From a virus, in the IMG/VR virus record IMGVR_UViG_3300022752_003639, positions 64,001-128,000 of that record: a stretch of 64,000 nucleotides of DNA, one strand, 5' to 3'. Both the position numbers and the translations under genes were made by a program. The notes below the pieces were generated by a model that saw nothing but the letters and a program-made list of their open reading frames with translations, made no database searches and had not been told where the DNA came from. Below are positions 26,380-36,053 of the stretch, in pieces. Positions within the stretch are counted from its first letter, which is position 1; every line of letters begins with the position of its first letter.

Positions 26380-27392
26380 GAATAGAAGAGGATATCAAGT
26401 TAGACTTTAGGGATGTTCTGATTCGTCCCAAACGTAGCACACTAGGCAGTCGTCGTGATGTAGATCTAATAAGATTTTACAAATTTAAGCATAGTAGATA
26501 TGAATATGAAGGCATACCTATTATGGCTGCTAATATGGACGGCGTGGGCACAATGGCAATGGCACTAGCTTTAGGTCGGCATAGACTGTTCACCTGTCTT
26601 ATCAAAACATATAATAAAGACATAGAAAACTTTGCTGAATTTAGAGTATGTAAGGATCATTATGCCGTAAGCACAGGTACCAGTTATGAAGACTTTCGTA
26701 ACTTAAACACCATTGTAACAGGCATCGGCGCTCAATTTATCTGTATAGATGTGGCTAATGGCTACAGTGAAAACTTTGGTGACTTTGTTGAAGAAGTAAG
26801 AAATCGTTGGCCAGACAAAACTATTATTGCTGGTAATGTTGTTACTGGTGATATGACACAGGAGTTAATTTTACGTGGAGCAGATATCGTTAAAGTTGGT
26901 ATTGGTCCTGGCAGTGTATGTACTACTCGTGTACAAACTGGTGTTGGTTATCCTCAACTCAGTGCAATCATCGAGTGTGCCGATGCGGCTCACGGTCTCG
27001 GTGGGCACATTATTGCTGACGGTGGCTGCACTTGCCCCGGAGACGTTGCAAAGGCTTTTGGTGCTGGCGCAGACTTTGTGATGCTAGGCGGTATGCTGGC
27101 TGGACACGATGAAGGTGGTGGCACTGTGGAAAACGGAAAGGTGACCTTCTATGGTATGAGTAGTGATACCGCTATGGAACGTCATCACGGAGGCGTAGCA
27201 GAATATCGTAGTTCAGAAGGACGTACAGTGAATATTCCATATCGTGGTCCTGTAACAAAGACTGTACTAGACATTTTAGGTGGGCTGCGTAGTGCCTGTA
27301 CCTATGTTGGAGCAGAAACTCTTAAACAACTGCCTAAATGCACAACATTTATTAGGGTCAATAGACAAATTAATGATGTTTTTATTAAGTAA
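26376..27392 (+). CDS. guaC: GMP reductase
   Basis: [48 protein letters not shown]. Confidence 0.93.
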   Translation: MRIEEDIKLDFRDVLIRPKRSTLGSRRDVDLIRFYKFKHSRYEYEGIPIMAANMDGVGTMAMALALGRHRLFTCLIKTYNKDIENFAEFRVCKDHYAVSTGTSYEDFRNLNTIVTGIGAQFICIDVANGYSENFGDFVEEVRNRWPDKTIIAGNVVTGDMTQELILRGADIVKVGIGPGSVCTTRVQTGVGYPQLSAIIECADAAHGLGGHIIADGGCTCPGDVAKAFGAGADFVMLGGMLAGHDEGGGTVENGKVTFYGMSSDTAMERHHGGVAEYRSSEGRTVNIPYRGPVTKTVLDILGGLRSACTYVGAETLKQLPKCTTFIRVNRQINDVFIK

Positions 27393-28260
27393 CTGTTAGT
27401 AGGTTTTTATCTTTATCACTTACACAGTAGACCATTCCGCACTTGTGTAGTTCAACAGGATATGCGAATGTTGAATTCCAAATATTACCTAAAGGGCGAT
27501 TCCCACATTCACTTCCTGATGCCCATCCAGTTTCTTGAATATAGATAGTATCTATGCCTGCACTACATAATTGACCTGTATAACTAGGATTTTTTATTTG
27601 TAAAATTTCAATTTTTTCATTAAATGTTTTTTTTGACATTTCTTTTTTTTCTTCCAATACAGACTTACCTAATAATTTTATAATTTGTGCATCGGTATAT
27701 GGTATCCACCCTAACGCTTGTTCTCCGTTTTTGTACAAAAGTTGTTTATTAACAATTATGTTAAACTCATTCTGAATACGCTCTAAACGATACAAATCGT
27801 TATCGAAATAATCAGGTCTTATCGGAACATTTACAACAATATTTTTTTTATTTTTTTGAAACGCCTCTATAATAAACTTGATAAGATTATAATTTTGCCA
27901 GTAATGAAAAGTTAAATGTAGTTTGTCAACATGAGGTTCAATAGCCCACCAATCTAACCACATTTTACCGCCATTGGTAATTAATTCAATATTTCCATTA
28001 TTATCTTTACATATTTTTAAAATTTCTGGAAAATCGTGAAACTCCAATGGTTCGCCTCCATCAAATGTCCAATCGATAAGTCTACCTAAATTGCTGAAAT
28101 GTGTAATTGTATATGATACAAATTTTTTGTATTCTTCTACAGATCTAGGTTCTTCACCACCCCAATACTTGGTAGGACAATATGAACATCCTCCAGAGCA
28201 GTAATTATGTAATGCCCACCAAATCTTAGTTCTTTTTAATTCTCTTCTTGCGATATTCAT
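27385..28260 (-). CDS. Radical SAM protein with SPASM/Twitch-like C-terminal cysteines
   Basis: CSGGCSYC (CxxxCxxC), DGGEP, TNG; CSAG..SECG..CGMVYC. Confidence 0.85.
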   Translation of the reverse strand: MNIARRELKRTKIWWALHNYCSGGCSYCPTKYWGGEEPRSVEEYKKFVSYTITHFSNLGRLIDWTFDGGEPLEFHDFPEILKICKDNNGNIELITNGGKMWLDWWAIEPHVDKLHLTFHYWQNYNLIKFIIEAFQKNKKNIVVNVPIRPDYFDNDLYRLERIQNEFNIIVNKQLLYKNGEQALGWIPYTDAQIIKLLGKSVLEEKKEMSKKTFNEKIEILQIKNPSYTGQLCSAGIDTIYIQETGWASGSECGNRPLGNIWNSTFAYPVELHKCGMVYCVSDKDKNLLTVT

Positions 28261-28261
28261 G

Positions 28262-28290
28262 TTGACAAACTCTAAATAAACATATATAAT
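28262..28290 (+). promoter_or_regulatory. Consensus sigma70 promoter TTGACA-N17-TATAAT with nested TAAATA (28273-28278)
   Basis: Perfect boxes upstream of queE; a divergent TAAATA lies on the - strand at 28292-28297. Confidence 0.85.
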
Positions 28291-28331
28291 ATATTTAAAC
28301 TAATTAGGATTTTAACAACAGTGAGAAAAAA

Positions 28332-29198
28332 ATGAGTAAACTTAAAGTATCAGAACTTTTTTACAGTGTGCAAGGTGAAGGAAGATACATGGGTGTTCCC
28401 AGTGTGTTCCTTCGTGTATTTGGTTGTAATTTTACATGCGACGGATTTGGAATGCCAAAAGGAGAAAAATCCAATGAACGACATATTATCGCCGAAAATA
28501 TTTCAAGCATTACACAATACAGAGATCTACCTTTGGTTCATACAGGGTGCGATTCTTATGCTAGTTGGGATCCTAAGTTTAAGGATCTTAGTCCTGTGCT
28601 CGAAACAGATAGTATTGTGGACACAATCATGGATATGCTCCCTCACAAAGAATGGAGGAAAGAACACCTAGTTATAACAGGAGGAGAACCACTTCTAGGT
28701 TGGCAGCGTAGTTATCCTGACTTACTTAATCATCCTAAAATGAAAGGACTTACAGAAATAACGTTTGAAACAAACGGGACTCAAGAAATTTCACGGAATT
28801 TTAGTGAATATCTTAATGATTGGCTAGCGCCAGATGATCAAACACAATTCGAAAACTGGAGAGAATTAACCTTTTCAGTAAGTCCTAAATTATCAGTTTC
28901 TGGAGAACGTTGGGAAGATGCCATAAAACCAGATATCGTAGTTTATTATGAATCATTTGGCTATACATACTTAAAATTTGTAGTAGCAAGTAACGAAGAT
29001 GTAGCAGAAGCAGAAGATGCGGTAAACGAGTATAGAAAGGCTGGATTTAAAGGACCAGTTTACATAATGCCATTAGGCGGTGTTGAATCAGTATATAGCT
29101 TAAATAATAAAAATGTAGCACTCATGGCTATGAAAAAAGGATGGCGTTATAGTGATAGGCTTCAGGTGCCGCTCTTTAAGAACGCATGGTCGACATGA
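28332..29198 (+). CDS. queE: QueE 7-carboxy-7-deazaguanine synthase (radical SAM)
   Basis: ELFYSVQGEG..GVPSVFLR..GCNFTC...GCDS, ITGGEP, FETNGT, SVSPKL, RLQVPLF. Confidence 0.88.
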   Translation: MSKLKVSELFYSVQGEGRYMGVPSVFLRVFGCNFTCDGFGMPKGEKSNERHIIAENISSITQYRDLPLVHTGCDSYASWDPKFKDLSPVLETDSIVDTIMDMLPHKEWRKEHLVITGGEPLLGWQRSYPDLLNHPKMKGLTEITFETNGTQEISRNFSEYLNDWLAPDDQTQFENWRELTFSVSPKLSVSGERWEDAIKPDIVVYYESFGYTYLKFVVASNEDVAEAEDAVNEYRKAGFKGPVYIMPLGGVESVYSLNNKNVALMAMKKGWRYSDRLQVPLFKNAWST

Positions 29199-29443
29199 CA
29201 CAACCGTTAGATATTCCAGAATTTGTCAAAATATATTTCCTTGTAAAACAGGATGGTATGATGTTTTCCCCTACAGGTAATTCAGGAGGAAATTATTTAG
29301 GCACTGGATTTTATTTGACAAGAACAGAAGCAGAACATACTAGAACAATGGAATACCTAAGAGAAACTGATTCTAAAACAAAGGTTCATATATTTGAATT
29401 AGATGTTCCCAACCCGGCGTATAAACATGAAAAATCTACTTAA
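29195..29443 (+). CDS. Hypothetical protein (start refined to 29195)
   Basis: ATGA overlap with the queE stop. Confidence 0.5.
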   Translation: MTQPLDIPEFVKIYFLVKQDGMMFSPTGNSGGNYLGTGFYLTRTEAEHTRTMEYLRETDSKTKVHIFELDVPNPAYKHEKST

Positions 29444-29822
29444 AAAAATATTCGGCATAACCGAAATGGAAAATGCCATTAAAGAAACCAGAGCCGCCGC
29501 AGAAGCAGCAGAAGTTAAATCAGATTTAACTCCGAAAGATCTAGCTACTCAAAACAAGGAACCCTGGGTAACTGTTATTAATACCCATGTAAATAAAGAA
29601 AATATTAGAAATGGTTTTTTTGAACTTGACTGGAATGAATATTTTGTGCTACAATTAAGGACTGCGGGATTTCGTGGCGACACCGACGAAGACATTGTAA
29701 ATCAATGGTTTACAGAACTTTGTAAAAATGTAGCCGCAGAAGAAGGTATAGACATGAGCCGTAGAAATACAGGCTATATAAACGTAAACAATATTGGGAA
29801 CGGACGTTCAGAGGTTAGCTAA
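29427..29822 (+). CDS. Conserved-type phage hypothetical protein (start refined to 29427)
   Basis: EPWV.VI...GFFELDWNEYF...WF pattern. Confidence 0.55.
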   Translation: MKNLLKKIFGITEMENAIKETRAAAEAAEVKSDLTPKDLATQNKEPWVTVINTHVNKENIRNGFFELDWNEYFVLQLRTAGFRGDTDEDIVNQWFTELCKNVAAEEGIDMSRRNTGYINVNNIGNGRSEVS

Positions 29823-30814
29823 TGGCCAAAACATATCTACTGATTGATACTGCTAATGTTTTTTTTAGAGCAAGGCATGTCATGCGTGGCAACTTAGAGG
29901 ATAAGATAGGACTTAGTATTCATACGGTACTAAGTAGTGTTAGGAAAGCATGGAGAGATTTTAATGGCGATCATGTTGTATTCTGCTTAGAAGGTAGATC
30001 ATGGCGCAAAGACCATTATGAACCTTACAAACGACAACGTACCGAAGCTCGCGCGGCATTGAGCCCTAGAGAAGCAGAAGAAGAAAAAATCTTCTGGGAA
30101 ACATTTGATCAGTTTAAAGAATTTGTAATTAATAAAACAAATTCGACTGTATTGCATCATCCACAATTAGAAGCGGACGATCTTATTGCGGGCTGGATTG
30201 ATTTACATCCTAAAGATAATCATGTAATTATTTCTACCGATGGGGACTTCGCACAACTTATCTCTCCAAATGTCAAACAATATAACGGCGTGATGGAGGT
30301 CACTACTACCCACTTAGGGTATTTCGATTCCAAAGGCAAACCAGTCACAGATAAAAAAACAAAGTTACCTAAAGATCCGCCTGACCCGCAATGGTTATTA
30401 TTTGAAAAATGTATGAGGGGAGATACTTCAGACAACATTTTTAGTGCTTATCCTGGGGTACGAGAAAAAGGAACAAAAAATAAAGTTGGTCTAAGAGAAG
30501 CATTTGCAGATAGAAACTCAAAAGGATATAACTGGAATAATCTCATGTTACAAAGATGGGTTGACCATGAAGGAAAAGAACATCGTGTGTTAGATGACTA
30601 TACAAGAAATAAACTGTTGTGTGATTTGAGAGGACAACCAGAAGAAATAAGAAATCTTATTTTTGATGTAATAAATGAATACATAAACCAAAATAAAGAT
30701 GTTCCACAGGTCGGAATTAGACTTCTGAAATTTTGTTCTACTTTTGATTTACAAAAAATTACAGATCAAATTCAAAGTTATTCTGAACCATTAAATTCAA
30801 GGTATATTGTATGA
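29822..30814 (+). CDS. rnh: RNase H / 5'-3' exonuclease (T4 rnh-like)
   Basis: LIDTAN, EADDLIA, STDGDFAQL, GDTSDNI. Confidence 0.88.
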   Translation: MAKTYLLIDTANVFFRARHVMRGNLEDKIGLSIHTVLSSVRKAWRDFNGDHVVFCLEGRSWRKDHYEPYKRQRTEARAALSPREAEEEKIFWETFDQFKEFVINKTNSTVLHHPQLEADDLIAGWIDLHPKDNHVIISTDGDFAQLISPNVKQYNGVMEVTTTHLGYFDSKGKPVTDKKTKLPKDPPDPQWLLFEKCMRGDTSDNIFSAYPGVREKGTKNKVGLREAFADRNSKGYNWNNLMLQRWVDHEGKEHRVLDDYTRNKLLCDLRGQPEEIRNLIFDVINEYINQNKDVPQVGIRLLKFCSTFDLQKITDQIQSYSEPLNSRYIV

Positions 30815-31287
30815 ATGCTGTTAGTAAAACTTTAATTCCAAATCAAGAATGGATCATAGAAGATCATGGAAAAAAAATAGGTTCTGTTTATAAAAAGAAA
30901 AAATCCTATTATTTTATTAGGAAAGGTAAAACAATTAGTTTTCCTAATTTAGATGAGATAAAAAATAAATTAGGAGTTTCAATTTCTGAAAACACAGCTT
31001 CTAAGAAAAATAATAACGATGACAATACATATTCAATTTATGATTATCCATGTGGAGTAAAACCATATAACACTTTATATAATATAAAAGAAAAATTGCC
31101 ATTGTTTTCTAAGAGCTCTAAAAGCCAAAGTTTGTATTGTGCAGGTTACTATGTTATTAAATTTCGTAAAGGTTGGGTTAAAAGTTTCTGTCCAAAATTA
31201 ATTACTTTAGAAAGATATCCTTATTACGGACCATTTAAACATGAACAGGAAATGAAACAAATGTTATCTACCTTAAATAAATCATGA
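30811..31287 (+). CDS. Hypothetical protein
   Basis: 158-aa coupled ORF. Confidence 0.6.
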   Translation: MNAVSKTLIPNQEWIIEDHGKKIGSVYKKKKSYYFIRKGKTISFPNLDEIKNKLGVSISENTASKKNNNDDNTYSIYDYPCGVKPYNTLYNIKEKLPLFSKSSKSQSLYCAGYYVIKFRKGWVKSFCPKLITLERYPYYGPFKHEQEMKQMLSTLNKS

Positions 31288-31502
31288 AACAATTAAACAC
31301 TATACCTATTGAAAATTTTTTAAATAAAGCTCGATTAGCAGTGAAAAGCAGTCAAAGAAACTTAACTTTGCCAATAGAAGAAGTAACGGAATTGTCAAAT
31401 AGTCTAAGCGTAGTAATGACTAGGTTGGCAGGTGAATTAGATCAAATTAAAGAATCTAATAACCAACCTATACAAATTAGAGTAGATGGTGGCAAATTCT
31501 AA
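31284..31502 (+). CDS. Hypothetical protein
   Basis: 72-aa coupled ORF. Confidence 0.55.
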   Translation: MKQLNTIPIENFLNKARLAVKSSQRNLTLPIEEVTELSNSLSVVMTRLAGELDQIKESNNQPIQIRVDGGKF

Positions 31503-31509
31503 ATTGTAA

Positions 31510-31516
31510 ATAAATA
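31510..31516 (+). promoter_or_regulatory. Late-like promoter ATAAATA
   Basis: Intergenic motif. Confidence 0.5.
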
Positions 31517-31545
31517 TATACGCATTTTAATAGTGCTTATATATT

Positions 31546-31845
31546 ATGTCCAGACCTAAACCACAAATATTATTAGAGTATACAAATAAAAAAAATTTTA
31601 AAACAGAACAAGTTTTAGAATCTCAAGCTATTTGGGCTGTATTCTACAAAGATAAACCAATAAATTTAAAAACTGTGGGATATTTAGGACAATCTCTTGG
31701 TCCTAAATATAAAAAAGTAAGTTTTTCAAATAGTGGACATGCTTTTAATCTTGCAGAAAAATTAAACAAAATGTTTAATACGACTGACTTCACCGTTTTC
31801 AAATTAACCACAGGTGAAAAAGTTACTGATGAATCCGAAAATTGA
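31546..31845 (+). CDS. Hypothetical protein
   Basis: 99-aa ORF. Confidence 0.6.
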   Translation: MSRPKPQILLEYTNKKNFKTEQVLESQAIWAVFYKDKPINLKTVGYLGQSLGPKYKKVSFSNSGHAFNLAEKLNKMFNTTDFTVFKLTTGEKVTDESEN

Positions 31846-32224
31846 ATTAACCAAGTACGCATTAGATACTTTAGAACTTCCTTATAATCAAAAAACGTTT
31901 AGAAAATACATGCACCTATGGTGGTGGAACACCAGGAACAAACAAAAAGGTGGATGGCGCCTTACCGAACTTGGATTTATGCATCTAAACGGGCCTATAA
32001 AATCCTACGAAATTAAATTTGACGAAGCTCCATTTTTAACCAATGAATTGATAATTTGGATTGACCAGAATATAGATTGTCCATTTTATATTCATGGAAA
32101 AAGAATCTGGGTATTCTGTGAAAAAATGGCCGTTCAATTAGTGTTGTTTTCTGGCAACATAGAAAAATTCCATAGAGCATATAAAAAGTCTAAAATCTCA
32201 GAAAACTCATTGACAGCAACATAG
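31829..32224 (+). CDS. Hypothetical protein (start refined to 31829)
   Basis: W-rich ORF overlapping the upstream gene. Confidence 0.55.
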   Translation: MNPKIELTKYALDTLELPYNQKTFRKYMHLWWWNTRNKQKGGWRLTELGFMHLNGPIKSYEIKFDEAPFLTNELIIWIDQNIDCPFYIHGKRIWVFCEKMAVQLVLFSGNIEKFHRAYKKSKISENSLTAT

Positions 32225-32238
32225 ATTTTTCATATAAT
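32210..32238 (+). promoter_or_regulatory. Consensus sigma70 promoter TTGACA-N17-TATAAT
   Basis: Perfect boxes upstream of the AAA ATPase. Confidence 0.85.
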
Positions 32239-32282
32239 AATACTGTAGCAACTAAAACAAATTTTTTTCTTAAGAGAGTAAT

Positions 32283-33365
32283 ATGGCAAAAGAGATTTTA
32301 GCTAATCGCACTGTTACGCCAAATGAAGCCAAAGCGGCTATTCGTAAGGCAATTAAAAAGCAACGTCCAATTTTTATGTGGGGTCCTCCGGGTATTGGTA
32401 AGTCAGATATTGTTAAGCAAATCGGTGCTGAACAAGATCGTGAGGTCATTGATGTTCGTTTGAGCCTTTGGGAGCCCACTGATATCAAAGGTATTCCGTA
32501 TTATAATAGTCAAGCCAACACTATGACTTGGGCTCCTCCCGCTGAACTCCCCTCTGACCCAGATAGTAAAGCTATCTTGTTTTTAGATGAGCTCAACTCT
32601 GCTGCTCCGGCAACTCAGGCTGCGGCTTATCAGCTCATTCTTAATCGTCGTGTTGGCACTTATCGTTTGCCTGATGGCGTAGACATTGTGGCGGCTGGCA
32701 ATCGTGAGGCTGACAAGGGTGTTACTTACCGTATGCCTGCTCCATTGGCTAATCGCTTTGTTCATATTGAACTTCGTGTAGACTTTGAAGATTGGCATCA
32801 GTGGGCTGTTATGAACCGTGTCCATGAACAGGTTGTAGGATATGTTGGCTTTGCCAAACAGGATCTCTACGATTTCGATCCAAAATCTTCCAGTCGTGCA
32901 TTTGCCACACCCCGTTCTTGGACTTTTGTTAGTGAACTTTTGGAAGATGATGATGTTAGCGAAAGCACACTTACAGATCTAGTATCTGGTGCTGTAGGTG
33001 AAGGTCTCGCTGTTAAATTTATGGCACACCGTAAAGTTGCCAAACAGATGCCTAAGCCCGAAGATATTTTGACAGGCAAGGTTAAAAAGTTTGACATCAA
33101 GGAAATCTCTGCAATGTACTCATTAACAATCAGTTTGTGCTATGAGCTTCAAGAAGCCAGTAATAAAAAAGTAAAAGACTGGGATTCTATGGCAGATTAC
33201 TTTTTTGGATTTATGATGGATAATTTTCCAACTGAGTTAGTTGTTATGGGTGCCAAAGTTGCGCTCACCAATTATGCTTTACCGTTCGACGCAAGCAAAC
33301 TTAAAAACTTTGATAAGTTCCATGACAAGTATGGAAAGTATATTATCCAGGCTATGGAAGGATAG
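32283..33365 (+). CDS. MoxR/CbbQ-family AAA+ ATPase
   Basis: Walker A GPPGIGKS, Walker B LFLDE, AAGN, LANRF, TPRSW. Confidence 0.9.
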   Translation: MAKEILANRTVTPNEAKAAIRKAIKKQRPIFMWGPPGIGKSDIVKQIGAEQDREVIDVRLSLWEPTDIKGIPYYNSQANTMTWAPPAELPSDPDSKAILFLDELNSAAPATQAAAYQLILNRRVGTYRLPDGVDIVAAGNREADKGVTYRMPAPLANRFVHIELRVDFEDWHQWAVMNRVHEQVVGYVGFAKQDLYDFDPKSSSRAFATPRSWTFVSELLEDDDVSESTLTDLVSGAVGEGLAVKFMAHRKVAKQMPKPEDILTGKVKKFDIKEISAMYSLTISLCYELQEASNKKVKDWDSMADYFFGFMMDNFPTELVVMGAKVALTNYALPFDASKLKNFDKFHDKYGKYIIQAMEG

Positions 33366-33366
33366 T

Positions 33367-33390
33367 AAAAGGGCCCTTAGGGCCCTTTTT
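33367..33390 (+). terminator. Intrinsic terminator
   Basis: AAAAGGGCCC-TTA-GGGCCCTTTTT immediately after the ATPase stop. Confidence 0.85.
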
Positions 33391-33392
33391 AA

Positions 33393-33421
33393 TTGACAAA
33401 GTGTTAATTAGGCTATATAAT
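33393..33421 (+). promoter_or_regulatory. Consensus sigma70 promoter TTGACA-N17-TATAAT
   Basis: Perfect boxes directly after the terminator. Confidence 0.85.
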
Positions 33422-33447
33422 AGTATATTACATTGTTAGGAGTAATT

Positions 33448-34701
33448 ATGTCATCAGTTATGAAATCAGAGCGCCAAAAAAAACCCAATTGGACAAACAA
33501 AGAATTCTCTAAACATGAAAAAGATAAAATTTTAGACAAGCTAGTAACAGCTCGTGTTGGCTTACTGCTACGTCATCCGTTTTTTGGCAATCTTTCTACC
33601 AGAATGAAATTAGTCGAAGCTAGTGAATGGTGCCAAACACTTGCCACCGACGGTAGAAACTTTTACTTTAATCTTGGATTTGTGGATAAGCTCAGCCCTA
33701 AAGAGTGTGAGTTTGGCTTTGCACACGAGGTTTTACATAATGTATTTGACCATTTAGGCAGACGAGAAGGTAGAGATCCTATCCTAAGTAATATTGCCGC
33801 AGACTACGCAGTTAACCAAATTCTTAAAGATGAGAAAATAGGTGTGGCACCTAGCTGGATTAAAATTTTCCAAGATAACAAATACCGTGGCAAGTCTTAT
33901 GAAGAGATTTACAATGACATCTACGAACAAGCCAAAAAGATTAATGTAGGTGATCTAGGCGAGTTATTAGATGAACATCTAGATGGTGACGGAGACGGAG
34001 AGGGAGAAGGTGATGAAAACGGTAAAGGTCGTCCCAAACTTACTCCAGAAGAGCGCAAGGCTATTCGTGACGAGATTAAAGAGGCAATGGTAGCTGCCGC
34101 ACAGAGTGCCGGTGCAGGCAAGGTTCCAGCAGGAATCGCACGGTTTATTAGTGAATTTACAGAACCTAAAATGGACTGGCGTCAACTTTTGAGAATGAAT
34201 ATTCAAAGTCTCCTCAAAAGTAATTTTAGTTTTGCCCGTCCTAATCGCAAAAGCCAACACTCAGGTGCCATCCTTCCTGGAATGACCAATCATGAAACCA
34301 TAGATATCTGTGCAGGTATAGATATGAGTGGTAGTATTAGTAATGCTATGGCTCAAGATTTTATTAGTGAAATCAAAGGTATCATGGATGAATACATAGA
34401 TTTTAAAATACGTCTATGGTGTTTTGACACTGAAGTTTATAGTTATGCAGAGTTCACAGGAGATAATATTGACGAGATTAGCTCTTATGAATGCAAAGGC
34501 GGAGGTGGTACTGATTTTGAAGCAAACTTTATATATATGAAGGATAATGACATAAATCCAAAAAAGTTTGTAGTTTTTACGGATGGTTATCCTAATGGAT
34601 CTTGGGGCGACGAAGACTACTGTGACACATTGTTTATTATCCATGGTAACGAAAATATTGTTGCTCCATTTGGACAGACTGCCTATTACAAATCTGTATG
34701 A
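33448..34701 (+). CDS. DUF2201-type metallopeptidase-like + vWA protein (start refined to 33448)
   Basis: ATDG, HEVLH (HExxH), MIDAS-like IDMSGS, GGGTDF, FTDG; AGGAG RBS. Confidence 0.85.
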   Translation: MSSVMKSERQKKPNWTNKEFSKHEKDKILDKLVTARVGLLLRHPFFGNLSTRMKLVEASEWCQTLATDGRNFYFNLGFVDKLSPKECEFGFAHEVLHNVFDHLGRREGRDPILSNIAADYAVNQILKDEKIGVAPSWIKIFQDNKYRGKSYEEIYNDIYEQAKKINVGDLGELLDEHLDGDGDGEGEGDENGKGRPKLTPEERKAIRDEIKEAMVAAAQSAGAGKVPAGIARFISEFTEPKMDWRQLLRMNIQSLLKSNFSFARPNRKSQHSGAILPGMTNHETIDICAGIDMSGSISNAMAQDFISEIKGIMDEYIDFKIRLWCFDTEVYSYAEFTGDNIDEISSYECKGGGGTDFEANFIYMKDNDINPKKFVVFTDGYPNGSWGDEDYCDTLFIIHGNENIVAPFGQTAYYKSV

Positions 34702-34985
34702 CTATTAAGAGGGGAGAAGTAAATCCGCTAGGTCTTTTGGGATTAAGGAAATTAACCTTTATCCCAGACCATTTTGCAAAAGTTACGATCGAAAATAGAA
34801 TAGAAACCAAATCTGTAGAGAGATGGATTGAATCAAACTTAAATAGTAGATATGCTATAAAATCCAAAATTACATTGAATAACGAAAACAAATTTATTAT
34901 CGTATTAGAAATAGGACTAGAAGATCCAAAAGAAATTTCAATGTTATCTTTAGGATGCCAATATCTATATAAAGAAAGGACATGA
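34698..34985 (+). CDS. Hypothetical protein
   Basis: Coupled ORF. Confidence 0.55.
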   Translation: MTIKRGEVNPLGLLGLRKLTFIPDHFAKVTIENRIETKSVERWIESNLNSRYAIKSKITLNNENKFIIVLEIGLEDPKEISMLSLGCQYLYKERT

Positions 34986-35230
34986 TAATGGAAGATCAAT
35001 TTAATACTAATGGTCAAGAGGGTGAAGTAACAACTGATTCAAATAATGAAGGGCAAAATCAGATGCCTGAATTGACTATAAACGATTTAATTAATTGTAG
35101 AACAATCATAGATGTTGCTGTAAAAAGAGGAACATTTAGTGCTTCAGAAGTTGCCGGAGTAGGTGGTTTATACAATAAATTAGATCAGTTTATTGCGGCT
35201 ACTACACCTGCAGAAAATAAGGATAACTAA
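34982..35230 (+). CDS. Hypothetical protein
   Basis: Coupled ORF. Confidence 0.55.
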   Translation: MIMEDQFNTNGQEGEVTTDSNNEGQNQMPELTINDLINCRTIIDVAVKRGTFSASEVAGVGGLYNKLDQFIAATTPAENKDN

Positions 35231-35874
35231 TGAAACATGTAGGAAAAATGAAGAATAACTCTGCTAGAATAGCAGTTGTTTATAGAACTGTTCCAAATGA
35301 AGCAACTAATTGCCTTGTTGTAGGGACAAATGGTTTGCCAGATGCATATCACGACTCGTTAATGAGTGTGATTGAAAGTGACAGCGGCCAACAAGCCAAC
35401 GAGTTAGCAGACATTTTGGCAACAAGACGATTTCCGGATGGCGAAGTCATGCTAAACTGGTTACATACAAGAGGACATCTTAAGAAGGTTCCTACTAACC
35501 TTGTATTAATGACACCAAATTCTCAAACACAAGTTCCTTTGAATGAACTCAACAAAATTATTGCTGAACAAAAAGGAGTAAGTATAGAGGACCTAAGCGT
35601 AACAGATGGAAGTCAAAAGAAAACTACTTCACGAAATAAAGAAGAAATAATTGTTCCTCCATCAGATGATCCTTCATATAAGAAAATGGTAGATGAAGCA
35701 CCATATCATCCTGGATACGAAAGTGCTGTTGTAGATAACAAACCAGTAACTGCTTCAGATTTAAGGTCTATGGCAGATAAATTATTTAAAGAAGCACAGG
35801 CATTACGGAAAAAAGCCGAAGAACTAGAGCCAAGTAAAAAGAAATCTAGCTCTGAAAAGGTTAAAGCAGAATGA
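35230..35874 (+). CDS. Hypothetical protein
   Basis: 214-aa ORF, TAATG coupling. Confidence 0.6.
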   Translation: MKHVGKMKNNSARIAVVYRTVPNEATNCLVVGTNGLPDAYHDSLMSVIESDSGQQANELADILATRRFPDGEVMLNWLHTRGHLKKVPTNLVLMTPNSQTQVPLNELNKIIAEQKGVSIEDLSVTDGSQKKTTSRNKEEIIVPPSDDPSYKKMVDEAPYHPGYESAVVDNKPVTASDLRSMADKLFKEAQALRKKAEELEPSKKKSSSEKVKAE

Positions 35875-36053
35875 ATTTCCAGATAGGAGATTACGTTGAA
35901 AAGGTTTCTGGTTACAAATGGCCTGGCGTGGTAATAGCTGTATTCGATACCTTATCCGGTGAGCGAAGAGTAGTTGTAGAATGCACCGTGCCAGAAGTGA
36001 AAGGAGCACTTCATATCTACAATGAGCAACAACTAACCTTAAAAAATCAATAA
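35871..36053 (+). CDS. Small SH3-like hypothetical protein
   Basis: FQIGDYVEK..GYKWPGVVIAVF pattern. Confidence 0.5.
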   Translation: MNFQIGDYVEKVSGYKWPGVVIAVFDTLSGERRVVVECTVPEVKGALHIYNEQQLTLKNQ

